Positions 26,647-36,509 of a DNA stretch of 64,000 nucleotides are shown in pieces (position 1 is the first letter of the stretch; the number at the start of each line of letters is the position of its first letter). Both the position numbers and the translations under genes were made by a program. Location of the stretch: positions 733,001 to 797,000 of the forward strand of contig CAXXUL010000001.1 of the NCBI GenBank assembly GCA_963665375.2, read 5' to 3'. This DNA comes from Christensenellaceae bacterium. Lineage in GTDB: Bacteria; Bacillota; Clostridia; Christensenellales; CAG-138. The notes under the pieces are model-generated. The model was not told the DNA's origin, searched no databases, and saw only the letters and a program-made list of their open reading frames with translations.

Positions 26647-28011
26647 TTATTTCGAGGCCTTAGCGAGCTCGTCCATCGCGATGGCTTCCAGCTCGTCGTT
26701 GCTCATCACCGTCGTACGGCAGGCTTCGTAGAGCGTGTCGATGTGATCTTTGATCGCCGTGACGACCGGATTGCGCTTGTCGATGTCGATGCCCATGTGC
26801 GTGTTCATCCAGTAGGCGATGCCGGCGGTGCCGCTGTGCGCGTCCACCATGACCTCGGCGGGACGGTTGAGAATCCTGCCCGTGTTGAAGATGCTGTAGA
26901 TGCGTTCGTCCTTGAGAAGTCCGTCGGCGTGGATACCCGCGCGGGTGCTGTTGAAGTTCTCGCCCACAAACGGCGTCATCGGCGGAATTTCATAGCCGAT
27001 ATCCTTCTCAAAGAACTCAGCAATCTCCGTGATCACCTCAAGGTTCATCCCGTCCGTCGTGCCGCGAAGCGAGCAGTATTCCATGACCATGCCTTCCAGC
27101 GGACAGTTGCCCGTGCGTTCACCAATGCCGAGCAGAGAGCAGTTTGCGGCGGAAGCGCCATAGAGCCAGGCCGCTGCGGCGTTTGAGACGGCTTTGTAAA
27201 AGTCGTTATGCCCATGCCATTCCAGCAACGAACTCGGTACGTTGCCATAGTGCCGCAAGCCGTAGATGATGCCGGGCACGCTGCGCGGCAGGCTCGCGCC
27301 CGGATATGCCACGCCGAGACCGAGCGTATCGCAGCAGCGAATCTTGATCGGAATTCCCGCTTCTTCGGAAAGACCCGCCAGCGCATGCGCAAACGGTACG
27401 ACAAAGCCGTAGAAATCTGCGCGTGTGATGTCTTCAAAGTGGCAGCGCGGTACGATTCCGCGATCCAGCGCCATCTTGACTACGCCGAGGTACTTATCCA
27501 TCGCCTGCTTACGCGTCAGGTTCATCTTGTGGAAAATGTGGTAGTCCGAGCAGGAGACGAGAATGCCCGTCTCGCGAACGCCAAGCTCTTTGACGAGGTT
27601 AAAGTCGCTCTCCGTCGCGCGAATCCAGGTCGTGATCTCCGGGAAGCGATATCCGCGATCCCGGCACAGCTCCAGCGCTTCACGATCCTGCTGGCTATAG
27701 ACAAAGAACTCGCTCTGGCGGATCAGCCCGTTCGGGCCACCCAACTCGTGCATCATGTCAAACAGGCGCAGAATCTGCTCCGGCGTAAACGGCGCGCGGG
27801 ACTGCTGACCATCGCGGAAGGTCGTGTCGGTAATCCAAATCTCTTTGGGCATGCGCATGGGTACGAGGCGCTGGTTGAACGCAATCTTCGGAATCTCGTC
27901 AAAATTAAAGATTTCCGGGAACAGATTCGCTTCCGGTACATCCTGCACGTCATACTCATAATAGTTTTCGCGCAGTAAGTTCGTGTGGTCATCAAATACG
28001 ATCTTGCTCAT
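26647..28011 (-). CDS. HMGL-like (DRE-TIM) enzyme, probable Re-face citrate synthase / homocitrate-synthase-like
   Basis: 454 aa. It has WITDTTFRDGQQ and the metal-binding HGHNDF motif of the isopropylmalate/homocitrate synthase family. Its size and N-terminal extension resemble clostridial Re-citrate synthase. Confidence 0.6.
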   Translation of the reverse strand: MSKIVFDDHTNLLRENYYEYDVQDVPEANLFPEIFNFDEIPKIAFNQRLVPMRMPKEIWITDTTFRDGQQSRAPFTPEQILRLFDMMHELGGPNGLIRQSEFFVYSQQDREALELCRDRGYRFPEITTWIRATESDFNLVKELGVRETGILVSCSDYHIFHKMNLTRKQAMDKYLGVVKMALDRGIVPRCHFEDITRADFYGFVVPFAHALAGLSEEAGIPIKIRCCDTLGLGVAYPGASLPRSVPGIIYGLRHYGNVPSSLLEWHGHNDFYKAVSNAAAAWLYGASAANCSLLGIGERTGNCPLEGMVMEYCSLRGTTDGMNLEVITEIAEFFEKDIGYEIPPMTPFVGENFNSTRAGIHADGLLKDERIYSIFNTGRILNRPAEVMVDAHSGTAGIAYWMNTHMGIDIDKRNPVVTAIKDHIDTLYEACRTTVMSNDELEAIAMDELAKASK

Positions 28012-28064
28012 TGTTCCCCTCCTCTTAGCATGCTTGCATGCTTGTATACAATAATTTATCGACT

Positions 28065-28093
28065 ATTATATCAGCGGTGTTTCGGTGCGTCAA
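28065..28093 (-). promoter_or_regulatory. sigma-A-type promoter candidate for the citrate-synthase-like gene
   Basis: On the minus strand, TTGACG, 17 nt, TATAAT, about 55 nt upstream of the ATG. Confidence 0.5.
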
Positions 28094-28238
28094 GGCAAAA
28101 AACCTTGATATTTCGCGATTTATGCGTTGTTTTTGTATATGGCCGTATATGATATTATATATAATCCGGCGACTTGGTTCGTATTCGCACCGGAGCGTGT
28201 CTATCGGGCAACGTTTCTGTTGAGATTCCGTCGCGACG

Positions 28239-28267
28239 TTGACACACGCCTGGATCGTTTTTATACT
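28239..28267 (+). promoter_or_regulatory. sigma-A-type promoter candidate
   Basis: TTGACA, 17 nt, TATACT, about 48 nt upstream of the ATG at 28315. Confidence 0.5.
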
Positions 28268-28314
28268 ACTATTATTGGAACAGTATTCCATGCCATCGAA
28301 AGGGGGATTCAGCC

Positions 28315-29145
28315 ATGCCCGAAACCAACCGTCCGGACGCAAGCCGTCTTCGGGACGATTCTCGTTCCAGCGCCGTACGCGAAGAAGCCACCCGCAAGAG
28401 CCGCAGGGCGCAACTCGACGAGGTGGAGCGCGATGAGCACGTGCATCGCGGAAGATTTCGTCTGCACCATTTGAAGTGGATCTTTCGCGGCGTGGTTTTA
28501 ATTACGGTGTTGATCGCAGTTCTCTTCCTTTTGCCAAAGATCAAAGATGTGCTCTCGCCGGATATCAACATCGACGTGCCGGATTCTCTTTCCGGACTGC
28601 TGCCCGATGAAAAGATGGGCTACAACAAAATCGATTTTTCAAACGCAATCCTCGGCGAGTCCCGCACAAAGAGCGATTTCGTTGTATTGGAGCAGGACGT
28701 CTCGGTAACAACGCGCGTGTCTCAGGCGCTGGCAAACCTTGCGCTGTTTGAAAAATCGCAGGTGATCACCTCCTACGGTACCGGCGTCTATACCGTCGAT
28801 CTGAGCAAGCTCTCCGATCAGGACATCTCATTTGATGCCGAGTTGAATTTACTTTCAGTGATAATTCCGCATGCCGCTCTCTCCTATGTGACCGTCGATG
28901 TGGAAAAAACCGAGTTTGAGGAGACGAAGAAAGCGCTTTTCGCGTTTGGCGACATCAAGCTGACCAACGAGCAGCTAAACCTGCTGGAACAAAACATTCA
29001 GGATGCGATGCAGGAGCAGCTCGGCACGAGCGAGATGCTTGCAAAGGCGGATGTACAGGCGCTGTCTCAGGTGCGCAAACTCTTCGAGCCTATCGTGCAG
29101 TCCATCGCACCGAAAATCGTCCTTTCGATCGAATTCAAACAATAA
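28315..29145 (+). CDS. membrane-anchored protein (possibly DUF4230 family)
   Basis: It has a charged N-terminus, one TM (GVVLITVLIAVLFLL), and an extracytoplasmic domain of about 200 aa. The family assignment is from memory only. Confidence 0.6.
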   Translation: MPETNRPDASRLRDDSRSSAVREEATRKSRRAQLDEVERDEHVHRGRFRLHHLKWIFRGVVLITVLIAVLFLLPKIKDVLSPDINIDVPDSLSGLLPDEKMGYNKIDFSNAILGESRTKSDFVVLEQDVSVTTRVSQALANLALFEKSQVITSYGTGVYTVDLSKLSDQDISFDAELNLLSVIIPHAALSYVTVDVEKTEFEETKKALFAFGDIKLTNEQLNLLEQNIQDAMQEQLGTSEMLAKADVQALSQVRKLFEPIVQSIAPKIVLSIEFKQ

Positions 29146-29155
29146 CGCGCGATAC

Positions 29156-29192
29156 AAAATGAGCCGCTCAATTGATTGAGCGGCTCATTTTT
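29156..29192. terminator. bidirectional rho-independent terminator
   Basis: AAAATGAGCCGCTCAA-ttga-TTGAGCGGCTCATTTTT. Confidence 0.8.
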
Positions 29193-29210
29193 CGTGTCGT
29201 TATTACTAAA

Positions 29211-30335
29211 CTAGTCGACGATCTTCTCAAAAGCGTCTTCGTCGTTTTGCAGTTCGGATGCGTCCTGCGCGGCATGCGTCTTCTTTTTACCACGCGTAAC
29301 CTGTCTTGGCGCATGCTCGAGTGATTGCTCGTGCTGCAGCTCCGCTTCCGCCTCAACCGGTGATTCCACTCCTTCAACAACACGCTCGCGATTCTTCTGA
29401 AAACGCTTGCGCGGTTTTTCCCGCTCTTGCGGCAGCGCTTCAAATACTGTTTCATCTTCCGGCAAGGTCTGCTCTTCCAGCGGTTCGTACTGCTCTTCCC
29501 CGCCGTCCTCTCTCGTCGAAATCACTTCAAGATTGATCAGATAAGCCGCCACGCCGCAGATCATGATGCAAGCCAGCGCCGCAGCAAAAGCGAGCAGCGC
29601 CGCATTGCGAACGGCAAACACTTCGGATGACGGTCGCGCCGCAATCATGGTCACGCCGTCCTGTGTGCGCCTTAGGCAAAGATTGTTGGCTTCATAAAAG
29701 AAACCGTCAGCGCCTTTTTCCGCGGTAAACAGAATATCCCCGCCATAGGGCAAATCGCTCGTGATCGATTCCGGGTTCGACAGCATGCGTATGCTTTCCA
29801 CATGCGCATCGTCCCGCGTGAGCAGAATAATGCCTTTGATGTCAGATCTGCCAACGCAAGCGTAAAGCACGCTCGAATCGCTTGTGTCCTCCTGTGTCAG
29901 AGCGGCTGTTGCGTCGTCCGCGGCAGCCATGGCCCATGTAAACGCTTCTTGCGTGCCAAGCGCGGTGCCAACGTTTGCCGCGCTGGAGGAGGCGATCAGC
30001 GTTCCCTCCGCATCCGATACATCGATTCGATCGATGGATAGCTGCTCGCAAAGCGCCATCAGTGCATCACTCGCTAGCAGAGAATCGTCATGCGTCAAGA
30101 AGCGCGAGACCGCGACCGCTTTGCTCAGCAGGCTCTCTTTCTCGGCCTCAACCATCGGGTCAACCAGTTGATCTCCCGCCGCAATCCTTGCGAAAGCGCG
30201 ATCCATCAGTAGCGTCAGCTCCGTCTTGGCGCGGGTCTCCATCTGCCGCGAAAACGGCACGAACGCAATTGCGACGCCGATCAGCATCAATATCGCCAGT
30301 AAAGGCACCAACCATTTTCGCATGAACCGAACCAT
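29211..30335 (-). CDS. hypothetical two-TM protein with sensor-like extracytoplasmic domain and charged C-terminal tail
   Basis: 374 aa. There is a TM at the N-terminus and another near residue 250. I recognise no output domain. Confidence 0.6.
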   Translation of the reverse strand: MVRFMRKWLVPLLAILMLIGVAIAFVPFSRQMETRAKTELTLLMDRAFARIAAGDQLVDPMVEAEKESLLSKAVAVSRFLTHDDSLLASDALMALCEQLSIDRIDVSDAEGTLIASSSAANVGTALGTQEAFTWAMAAADDATAALTQEDTSDSSVLYACVGRSDIKGIILLTRDDAHVESIRMLSNPESITSDLPYGGDILFTAEKGADGFFYEANNLCLRRTQDGVTMIAARPSSEVFAVRNAALLAFAAALACIMICGVAAYLINLEVISTREDGGEEQYEPLEEQTLPEDETVFEALPQEREKPRKRFQKNRERVVEGVESPVEAEAELQHEQSLEHAPRQVTRGKKKTHAAQDASELQNDEDAFEKIVD

Positions 30336-30411
30336 CTCGCTTGACCCGCCTTTCGCGTAACGCTTTCCAACTTGCGTCTGCGTTTATTTCTGAGAGGGGT
30401 AACACCCGTCA

Positions 30412-31119
30412 TTAAGTCGAAGGAATGATCGAGAGCAGGAAATTCGCCTTGTAGAAGAACTCGCCAAAAAACGATTCGCTTAAAAACTCATAAAGCTTAG
30501 GCAGAACCGTCAGCATCACGGGCACGATCAGGAAGATCACAAACAGCATAAGCACGCCGTGGATGAGACCAACACCCGCTCCAATAAGGCCATCCCCGCG
30601 TGAAAGCACAGGAAAACCGCCTCTGCCGTATTCAATGCCGCGAATTACGAACCCAAACAAAAGGCGCAATATAGTGAAAAGCAATAGTAGCGCAAGGATA
30701 TTGATGACGACGCAAACGATCGTCTGATTAAAATAATCGCCAAGCGTGGTCACTCCGCTGCTGCTAAACGCCTCCGACGCTATGTTCTTTACCACACAAC
30801 GATCCATCGGAATCGGCATATCCGCGTTTTCCAGAACCGTGCGCAATTGGTCGGAAGAGATGCTGGAAATCGACGCGCGCGTGAGTTCCACATCCGTGAT
30901 GGCGACGTATTCGGAGCCTTCCGTGTAGTACAGCAGCATCTGAAACAGATCCGCGCTGCCTTTCACGATGCCGGATACGACCGGAATCAGGATTCTGCCA
31001 AAGAGGATGGAGGCAGCGGTTGCGCAAACGTTCAACGCCGTGCTGACAAACCCGCGGTAAAGTCCCCCGAGAATCGTGATCGCCAATATGAGCAAAATCG
31101 CAATGTCGATGAAATTCAT
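30412..31119 (-). CDS. cvpA: CvpA family membrane protein
   Basis: MNFIDIAILLILAITILGGLYRGFV... is a typical CvpA N-terminus, with 4-5 TM segments. Confidence 0.75.
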   Translation of the reverse strand: MNFIDIAILLILAITILGGLYRGFVSTALNVCATAASILFGRILIPVVSGIVKGSADLFQMLLYYTEGSEYVAITDVELTRASISSISSDQLRTVLENADMPIPMDRCVVKNIASEAFSSSGVTTLGDYFNQTIVCVVINILALLLLFTILRLLFGFVIRGIEYGRGGFPVLSRGDGLIGAGVGLIHGVLMLFVIFLIVPVMLTVLPKLYEFLSESFFGEFFYKANFLLSIIPST

Positions 31120-31158
31120 GCGTTTGCCTTCCTCATCCGCACAATTTGCGCATGCGTG

Positions 31159-32313
31159 TTAGTTCGCATTCGCAAGATAATACATACCGTTGCTGGAAAG
31201 CAGCAGCTTGGAGTCCGTCAGCTTGATTGCTGCGTCAATGGGCTGCTCAAACGTCGCAGTTGACGAAAGCTTACCCTTGATCGTATAGGTAAAGAGCTGT
31301 TCCCGCGAAGCAACCGCGAGCTTGCTGCCCATGATAAACGCGCTGACGCCCTCGGTCGGCAGCTGCAGCGTAGTCTCAACAGGCGTGGGCGCCGCATCCT
31401 CCGCCAGCGTCAGAATGCGAACCGCGTGAAAATCTCCGCCGCGCGTCGTGAGTAAAAACGTCGGCGTTCCGGAAGCAAAGGAGAAATCCAGCGCCTCATA
31501 GCCATAGATCATCGTGCGATAGATTTCCTTATTACCCGCGTGCGTGTAACGGATGATCTGGTTTGTGCAGACCACAAACATGCTGTTCGGCGTGATATAG
31601 ATGTCGTTGACCAGCTGGTTTTGCACATGGATCAGCCCGGTTACTTCCTTCTTGTTCAGATCATACGTCGAGATGGTCGTCATCGGAGTTCCGGTGCTGA
31701 CATTGAGCGTTTCGATCCAGAGCATCTCGTTCTCGGTCTTATAGAACCCGAAGTCAATGATGCACTGGTCCGCAAACTTAAGGTCGTCGATCTGCTCGCC
31801 GCTGCGCGTAATGATCAGCACGCTCTCCGTGCCGTCTTCCGCTTCTTGCATAACAGCAAGATGTCCCGTTCCGCACTCAACCTCCTCCACGCTGCCCGTG
31901 AAGGTCAGAGGTGTTTTCTCTCCGACCACCTGCAACTGCGCTTCGTTGAACACGACGGTCATGGACTCACTGCCGGACATGCGAATATTCGATGCACCAG
32001 TGCCGTAGGTATAGCTCTTTTTACTGTCGGTCAGGTGATAAAAGTGAATCTTCCCGTCGGTTTGGTAAAGCAGACCGTCGCCTGTATTGATATAGGTCGA
32101 CGTCGTGGAGATCGGTGTAATGTTCATCGATACGGTCTCCGCCTGCTTGTTAAAGACAAACTGAAAAATCACGAGTGCAATTCCGAGTGCACCGAGCGTA
32201 ACCATTGAAAAAAACAGTGTTCGGTTCTTTTTTTTCTTCTTCTTTTTGCGGCTTGGGCCACCTGTGCCGTTCACCGGCATATATGGTCGCATTCCGCTTT
32301 GCTGTGTTGCCAT
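31159..32313 (-). CDS. membrane-anchored repeat protein (possibly DUF5711)
   Basis: It has an N-terminal K7 motif plus TM, then a beta-rich extracytoplasmic domain. The family guess has low certainty. Confidence 0.6.
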   Translation of the reverse strand: MATQQSGMRPYMPVNGTGGPSRKKKKKKKNRTLFFSMVTLGALGIALVIFQFVFNKQAETVSMNITPISTTSTYINTGDGLLYQTDGKIHFYHLTDSKKSYTYGTGASNIRMSGSESMTVVFNEAQLQVVGEKTPLTFTGSVEEVECGTGHLAVMQEAEDGTESVLIITRSGEQIDDLKFADQCIIDFGFYKTENEMLWIETLNVSTGTPMTTISTYDLNKKEVTGLIHVQNQLVNDIYITPNSMFVVCTNQIIRYTHAGNKEIYRTMIYGYEALDFSFASGTPTFLLTTRGGDFHAVRILTLAEDAAPTPVETTLQLPTEGVSAFIMGSKLAVASREQLFTYTIKGKLSSTATFEQPIDAAIKLTDSKLLLSSNGMYYLANAN

Positions 32314-32407
32314 GTATTCCTATTCCCCTATGCTTCGCTTTAGTCTACCAGCCCCCGCGGATGCTGTAAAGCAAACTTTCTGTGTCCCGCCGGGCTGTTC
32401 GCGCGGT

Positions 32408-33292
32408 CTATTGCGGAGCAATCACCCAAAGAGATTTGGGTAAAATTTTAAACGTGACAGGCGTTCCCGGCAAGATATCTCCGTCGACATCCAGCAAAGA
32501 TGCGGGCTCGCAGATCGCGGTGAGCTCCGTCGTCTTAAAGTATGTTACAAACTTCGTGCTCAGGTGTTCGCCTTTCATAAACTTCGGTAAAATCGTATAA
32601 GCCCTGAGTTTGGAGATGTTCGTAATCACGCAGATATCCAGTAGTCCGTCAAACGGATCGGCTTTCGGGGTGACCATCATGCCGCCGCCAAAGTGCGTGC
32701 CGTTGCCCGCGGCAATGATCAGTACATCCGCCTCCATCGACCCGCCCGGCCAGTTGATCTTTGTCTTGCGGGAGTTGAGGTGCAGCAGCGCCGCGAGCAG
32801 TCCACGCAGGTAAGCCAGTGAGCCGTTCTTCATGCGCTTTTTATAGATTTCGACATAGCGCAGCACGTCTACGTCAAAGCCGAACCCCGCTACGTTGAAG
32901 TAAAGCAGGTCGTTCGCCATCGCGGCGTCCATCTGCCGCGCTTCGGTGCCGAGGATGACATCCAGCGCGGCCAGCGGGTCTTTGGGAATCTTCAGCGGGC
33001 GAATGATGTCGTTTCCGGTGCCGCAGGAGATGATGCCCAGCGGCACGTCGGTATTCATCAGCGCACTGGCTACCTCGCGTATGGTGCCGTCTCCGCCGAG
33101 CACGACGATCCGTTTCGCGCCGTCTTGCACGGCCTGTTTAGCAAGCTCCGTCGCGTGGCCCGCATACTCGGTCTTCACCGCGGAAAATGGAATAGCGCGC
33201 TCCGCCAGAGCGTCTGTTACCAGTTGATGCGCTGCGATCGCAGCACCGTTGCCCGCGACAGGGTTCCAAATCATATGCAATTGAGACTCCAT
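32408..33292 (-). CDS. diacylglycerol/lipid kinase family protein (YegS/DagK-like)
   Basis: NPVAGNG near the N-terminus and the GGDGT motif (VVLGGDGTIREV). Confidence 0.85.
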   Translation of the reverse strand: MESQLHMIWNPVAGNGAAIAAHQLVTDALAERAIPFSAVKTEYAGHATELAKQAVQDGAKRIVVLGGDGTIREVASALMNTDVPLGIISCGTGNDIIRPLKIPKDPLAALDVILGTEARQMDAAMANDLLYFNVAGFGFDVDVLRYVEIYKKRMKNGSLAYLRGLLAALLHLNSRKTKINWPGGSMEADVLIIAAGNGTHFGGGMMVTPKADPFDGLLDICVITNISKLRAYTILPKFMKGEHLSTKFVTYFKTTELTAICEPASLLDVDGDILPGTPVTFKILPKSLWVIAPQ

Positions 33293-33433
33293 ACAAAACC
33301 CCCGTATTCATTTTTCAGATCTGTAAAATGAAATAACCCATCGTCAGTATAAAGCATTTACCGCCCTGTATCAACCCCGCATGGCTTGTCCAACTGAAAC
33401 CGCAACTATCTGTTCACACATCCCTCCGTATAC

Positions 33434-33475
33434 AAAAAAGCGATGATCCAGCAGATTTCTGCCAAACCATCGCTT
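33434..33475 (-). terminator. rho-independent terminator closing the phage-derived module
   Basis: AGCGATG...CATCGCT hairpin followed by T6 on the minus strand, just downstream of the stop at 33493. Confidence 0.6.
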
Positions 33476-33492
33476 CTTTGCTCCGTTGTGTT

Positions 33493-34275
33493 TTACGGCT
33501 TACTAGGGTATTCTCCCATCAATTGAATATAGCCGGATGTTCCGACCGAAGCGAGCAGCTCCGCGCGATATCTTGCGCCCTGCGTAGTGCTTCCCTCGTA
33601 GACCACTCTGCGTTCTTCTCCACTGAGTGTGGAGAGAAACGCCTCGCAGTTTTCAAGCGTCGTCTTGTTCGGTCCGCTTTGCCCTGATCGGCTGCCGTTT
33701 TTCTTGTATTGCGCATAGAGCGCGAGCGCCGCCGAATACGCCTGATCATAAGAGCTTTGCCGCTGTTGCGCGTTGAATTTCTCTGCTTCCAGCGCGCGGT
33801 CCTGCTCGCTGTCCACTCCGTCCAACACATATTTCGCCAGTGTCGAACCATAGTCCGCCTCCATCGAAGCAATGTCGCTCGCTTCGGCGTTCTGCTGGCG
33901 GTTCTTCACGTCGGTCACATACGTGCTTGCCCCCATGCCGCGCGCAATCGCGTCTGCGTCCAGATTTGCTTTGTTCAGGCGCGTTTGCTGCTGTCTGCCC
34001 GCAATCGCCTGCTCATAGCTTGGTCGCAGCCACGCGGCGACGGAAGAACGGATTTCGTCTTCGCTCTTCGCGTCATACTCCGCTTCTTGCGGAGCAAATC
34101 GCGCATACATTTCGTTGATGTAACTGCTGAGCACGTCCTCGTCGCTCTCGCTTACTTCGTTGCCGCCGCTTCCATAGGGATTGCCAAAGTCAAAACTTGG
34201 CTTGATCTTCGCGCCGCTGTCGTATTGACCGATCAGCAGCGGTTTCTTGGAACCCGGTCCAATGTGAAATGCCAT
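33493..34275 (-). CDS. hypothetical phage virion-associated protein
   Basis: 260 aa, Q/A/E-rich and helical. It is the last gene of the module and has a GGAAGGAG RBS. I recognise no family. Confidence 0.65.
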   Translation of the reverse strand: MAFHIGPGSKKPLLIGQYDSGAKIKPSFDFGNPYGSGGNEVSESDEDVLSSYINEMYARFAPQEAEYDAKSEDEIRSSVAAWLRPSYEQAIAGRQQQTRLNKANLDADAIARGMGASTYVTDVKNRQQNAEASDIASMEADYGSTLAKYVLDGVDSEQDRALEAEKFNAQQRQSSYDQAYSAALALYAQYKKNGSRSGQSGPNKTTLENCEAFLSTLSGEERRVVYEGSTTQGARYRAELLASVGTSGYIQLMGEYPSKP

Positions 34276-34296
34276 TGTGACTCCTTCCTTTCCGCC

Positions 34297-34485
34297 TCAC
34301 TCAATCGCCGCCAGATAATCTTCCAATTCCAGCAGCTTTTGATACAGCGTTTCCATATTTTGATTGAGGTTGCTTTCGTTTTGTGCAACGGAGATGTCAA
34401 AGTCCTCTTGCGATGTGCTCTCGCTTGCTTTGCGGGAAAAATACACCGGAAACAACGCCTGCATACCCGTTTTTTCAAACGCCAT
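34297..34485 (-). CDS. small hypothetical phage protein
   Basis: 62 aa, AGGAGGG RBS, tightly packed in the module. Confidence 0.5.
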   Translation of the reverse strand: MAFEKTGMQALFPVYFSRKASESTSQEDFDISVAQNESNLNQNMETLYQKLLELEDYLAAIE

Positions 34486-34503
34486 TGTCTTTCCCTCCTG
34501 TTT

Positions 34504-35937
34504 TTACAGAACACGTCTCTGCATGTCCATAATCAGCTCGATCCCGCCGTCAATCGTAAAATGCGAACCATTGACGTTTCGAAACACGAGCTGAAACGCT
34601 CTGCCTTCGCCGTTGAGTCCGAGCTCGAGGATCCGCTCGCTCCCGCCCGGCATGAGCCTCTCGTTATAGACCGTGCCGCTCTCCGTCACCGCTTCTACCG
34701 AGAGAATACCGCCGCTGCCGCGCAGATAGAGTTCTTCGAGACGTTTCCCTACTGCTTTGCTGTCGAGATCGGTCATCGGCGTCTTCCAATAGGCGTCGAT
34801 ACGAGCGCCATCATACGTCTCGCCCTCCTCAAAGCGGCAAACAAAGCCGTTTCCGTTCAGCAGATAGAGCGTGCCTCCGGCTGCAAAGAAGCCGCTTGCG
34901 GTGAATCCGCGTCGGAGCATGTATGTGCCGCGCGCGAGGTCATAGATGAGTATGGCGTCGTTGTCTCCCTCGCCCGACTCTTCGCGATGTGCAAAATAGA
35001 GGCGATCTCCGCTTGACGTTGCGATGCAAGCGGTCAGATTTGCGTTTTGCAGCAGCAGTCTTACCTTGTCCGCGTCCGCCTTTCGCTGCACGGTCTGCCC
35101 GTCAAAATAGTACATTCCACCGCTCGTCAGAAAATAGAGAACATCTCCTGCGCGAACGCAGGCCGTGTGAACGGGCTGTCGCATCGTACCGTTGACCGGC
35201 TGGATGCGAAAGTTGCCCGGTCGGTCGCCCAGCAGGCGATAGAGCGAATCCCGCTTGAAAATGAGCAATTGATTACTCAGCGCGAACAGTCCCGTAATTG
35301 GATCGGAATCGGTTCCGACGTCCACAAATCCGCCGCTGACGTTTTCGCTCTCTTCCGCGACCGTCCAGTTTTCGATCGTGCGTGTGTCTCCCGGCGCCTG
35401 ACTGTAATAAAGCCTGCCGGGACTATTCGCGTCTCCCGCGGCAAAGAGACGCGAATAATAGAGCTCCACATAGTTCACCGCAATATCGGAGAGACCCTCC
35501 GTGCTGCCGAATGCTTCCGCTATCTCGCTCGCGCCGTCCCATTTCGCCATGCGCGCCGCGGCACTTGCGATCAAGAGGTATTCGGTGCTGGCGATCTTCA
35601 CGGGAAGAAAATCGTACTGCGCGGCGGCGACCTCCGCGCCAAAGTCGTAGATGCTTTTCCATTCATTCGCCGTCTCATCCAACACGTAGATTTTGCTCCC
35701 CGTCGCGACGATCAACTTTCGTTCGTCCGCGCGTCGCCAGACATAGAGCCGCTTGACAGTCTCCGTTGAAAAAAACGGCGTTTCGCTCTCGCGAACATAC
35801 CCTTTTGCAACGCTGAGTCTGCCGCCCTGCGTATCCATGTTGCAGGCATCCGGGCTCTCGCCGTCGTTCTGGCGGTTCTCGGTCACGTTTTGCGCGATAC
35901 CATAAAATACCGGTATGCGGTATTGCCGCAGCGCCAT
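34504..35937 (-). CDS. hypothetical phage structural protein (beta-propeller-like repeats; possible tail/nozzle component)
   Basis: 477 aa with recurring beta-strand motifs (SKIYVLD, GRLYYSQ, DVLYFLT, DRLYFAH, GTLYLLN). It follows the adaptor-like gene. Confidence 0.65.
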   Translation of the reverse strand: MALRQYRIPVFYGIAQNVTENRQNDGESPDACNMDTQGGRLSVAKGYVRESETPFFSTETVKRLYVWRRADERKLIVATGSKIYVLDETANEWKSIYDFGAEVAAAQYDFLPVKIASTEYLLIASAAARMAKWDGASEIAEAFGSTEGLSDIAVNYVELYYSRLFAAGDANSPGRLYYSQAPGDTRTIENWTVAEESENVSGGFVDVGTDSDPITGLFALSNQLLIFKRDSLYRLLGDRPGNFRIQPVNGTMRQPVHTACVRAGDVLYFLTSGGMYYFDGQTVQRKADADKVRLLLQNANLTACIATSSGDRLYFAHREESGEGDNDAILIYDLARGTYMLRRGFTASGFFAAGGTLYLLNGNGFVCRFEEGETYDGARIDAYWKTPMTDLDSKAVGKRLEELYLRGSGGILSVEAVTESGTVYNERLMPGGSERILELGLNGEGRAFQLVFRNVNGSHFTIDGGIELIMDMQRRVL

Positions 35938-35952
35938 ATGGATTCCCCCTTT

Positions 35953-36495
35953 CTAGCGGTTTTCAATCGCATACGCGTCCAGCTCTCCGCGGTGTGCACG
36001 CATCATGCGCTTTGCCGCATTGTAGAGTTCGAAGCAGGCGCGCGCGGAGGCAATGCTGCTTGCGTCTCCGCTCGCCCGCTCACGCCCCACCGCGTAGCCA
36101 ATCATCGCGCCGTGGCTCCATTCCGGCAGCTCCGGCACATCGGTGTCCACCTTGAGCACCGTCGGCATATAGCGGTACGTCACCAGTACGTCTCCGTCCG
36201 AAACGGCGGGCACGCGTAAGAGCTCTGTGCTTGCCCCGTAGTAAAACGGCAGCCGCGTGCCCGCGCGAGAGAGTGCGATAACCTTCACTACGCTTCTCGG
36301 CAGTTTCGTCAGGTCGAGCGCGCCGTTTGTCAGCGTCAGTGTGTCGCTCCGCCGGGGTTGCAGTTCGCTTGTGAGATCGATCATCGCGTCGTTGAGGTAT
36401 CGCGTGAGCTTGTCGCGCCAGCTTTCCAGGGTTTGCGCGTCGGTTCCGCGGTCGAGCTGCAGCAGAGCTCCTGTGAGCAATTCTTTGAGCGTCAT
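35953..36495 (-). CDS. putative head-tail connector/adaptor protein
   Basis: 180 aa. The call rests on position downstream of the capsid gene and a helical N-terminus typical of gp6-like adaptors. No motif-level proof. Confidence 0.45.
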   Translation of the reverse strand: MTLKELLTGALLQLDRGTDAQTLESWRDKLTRYLNDAMIDLTSELQPRRSDTLTLTNGALDLTKLPRSVVKVIALSRAGTRLPFYYGASTELLRVPAVSDGDVLVTYRYMPTVLKVDTDVPELPEWSHGAMIGYAVGRERASGDASSIASARACFELYNAAKRMMRAHRGELDAYAIENR

Positions 36496-36509
36496 GCATG
36501 CGCCCTCCT

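Noticed and set aside
32221-32250. Lys-codon homopolymer tracts (an A8 run on the coding strand here; similar AAG/AAA runs at 16131-16150, 17991-18015 and 44825-44850) as possible phase-variation slippage sites.
   Set aside because: The tracts are mostly mixed AAA/AAG rather than long pure homopolymers. They encode positive-inside juxtamembrane or linker segments that are conserved between the paralogs. There is no evidence of length variation in a single sequence.
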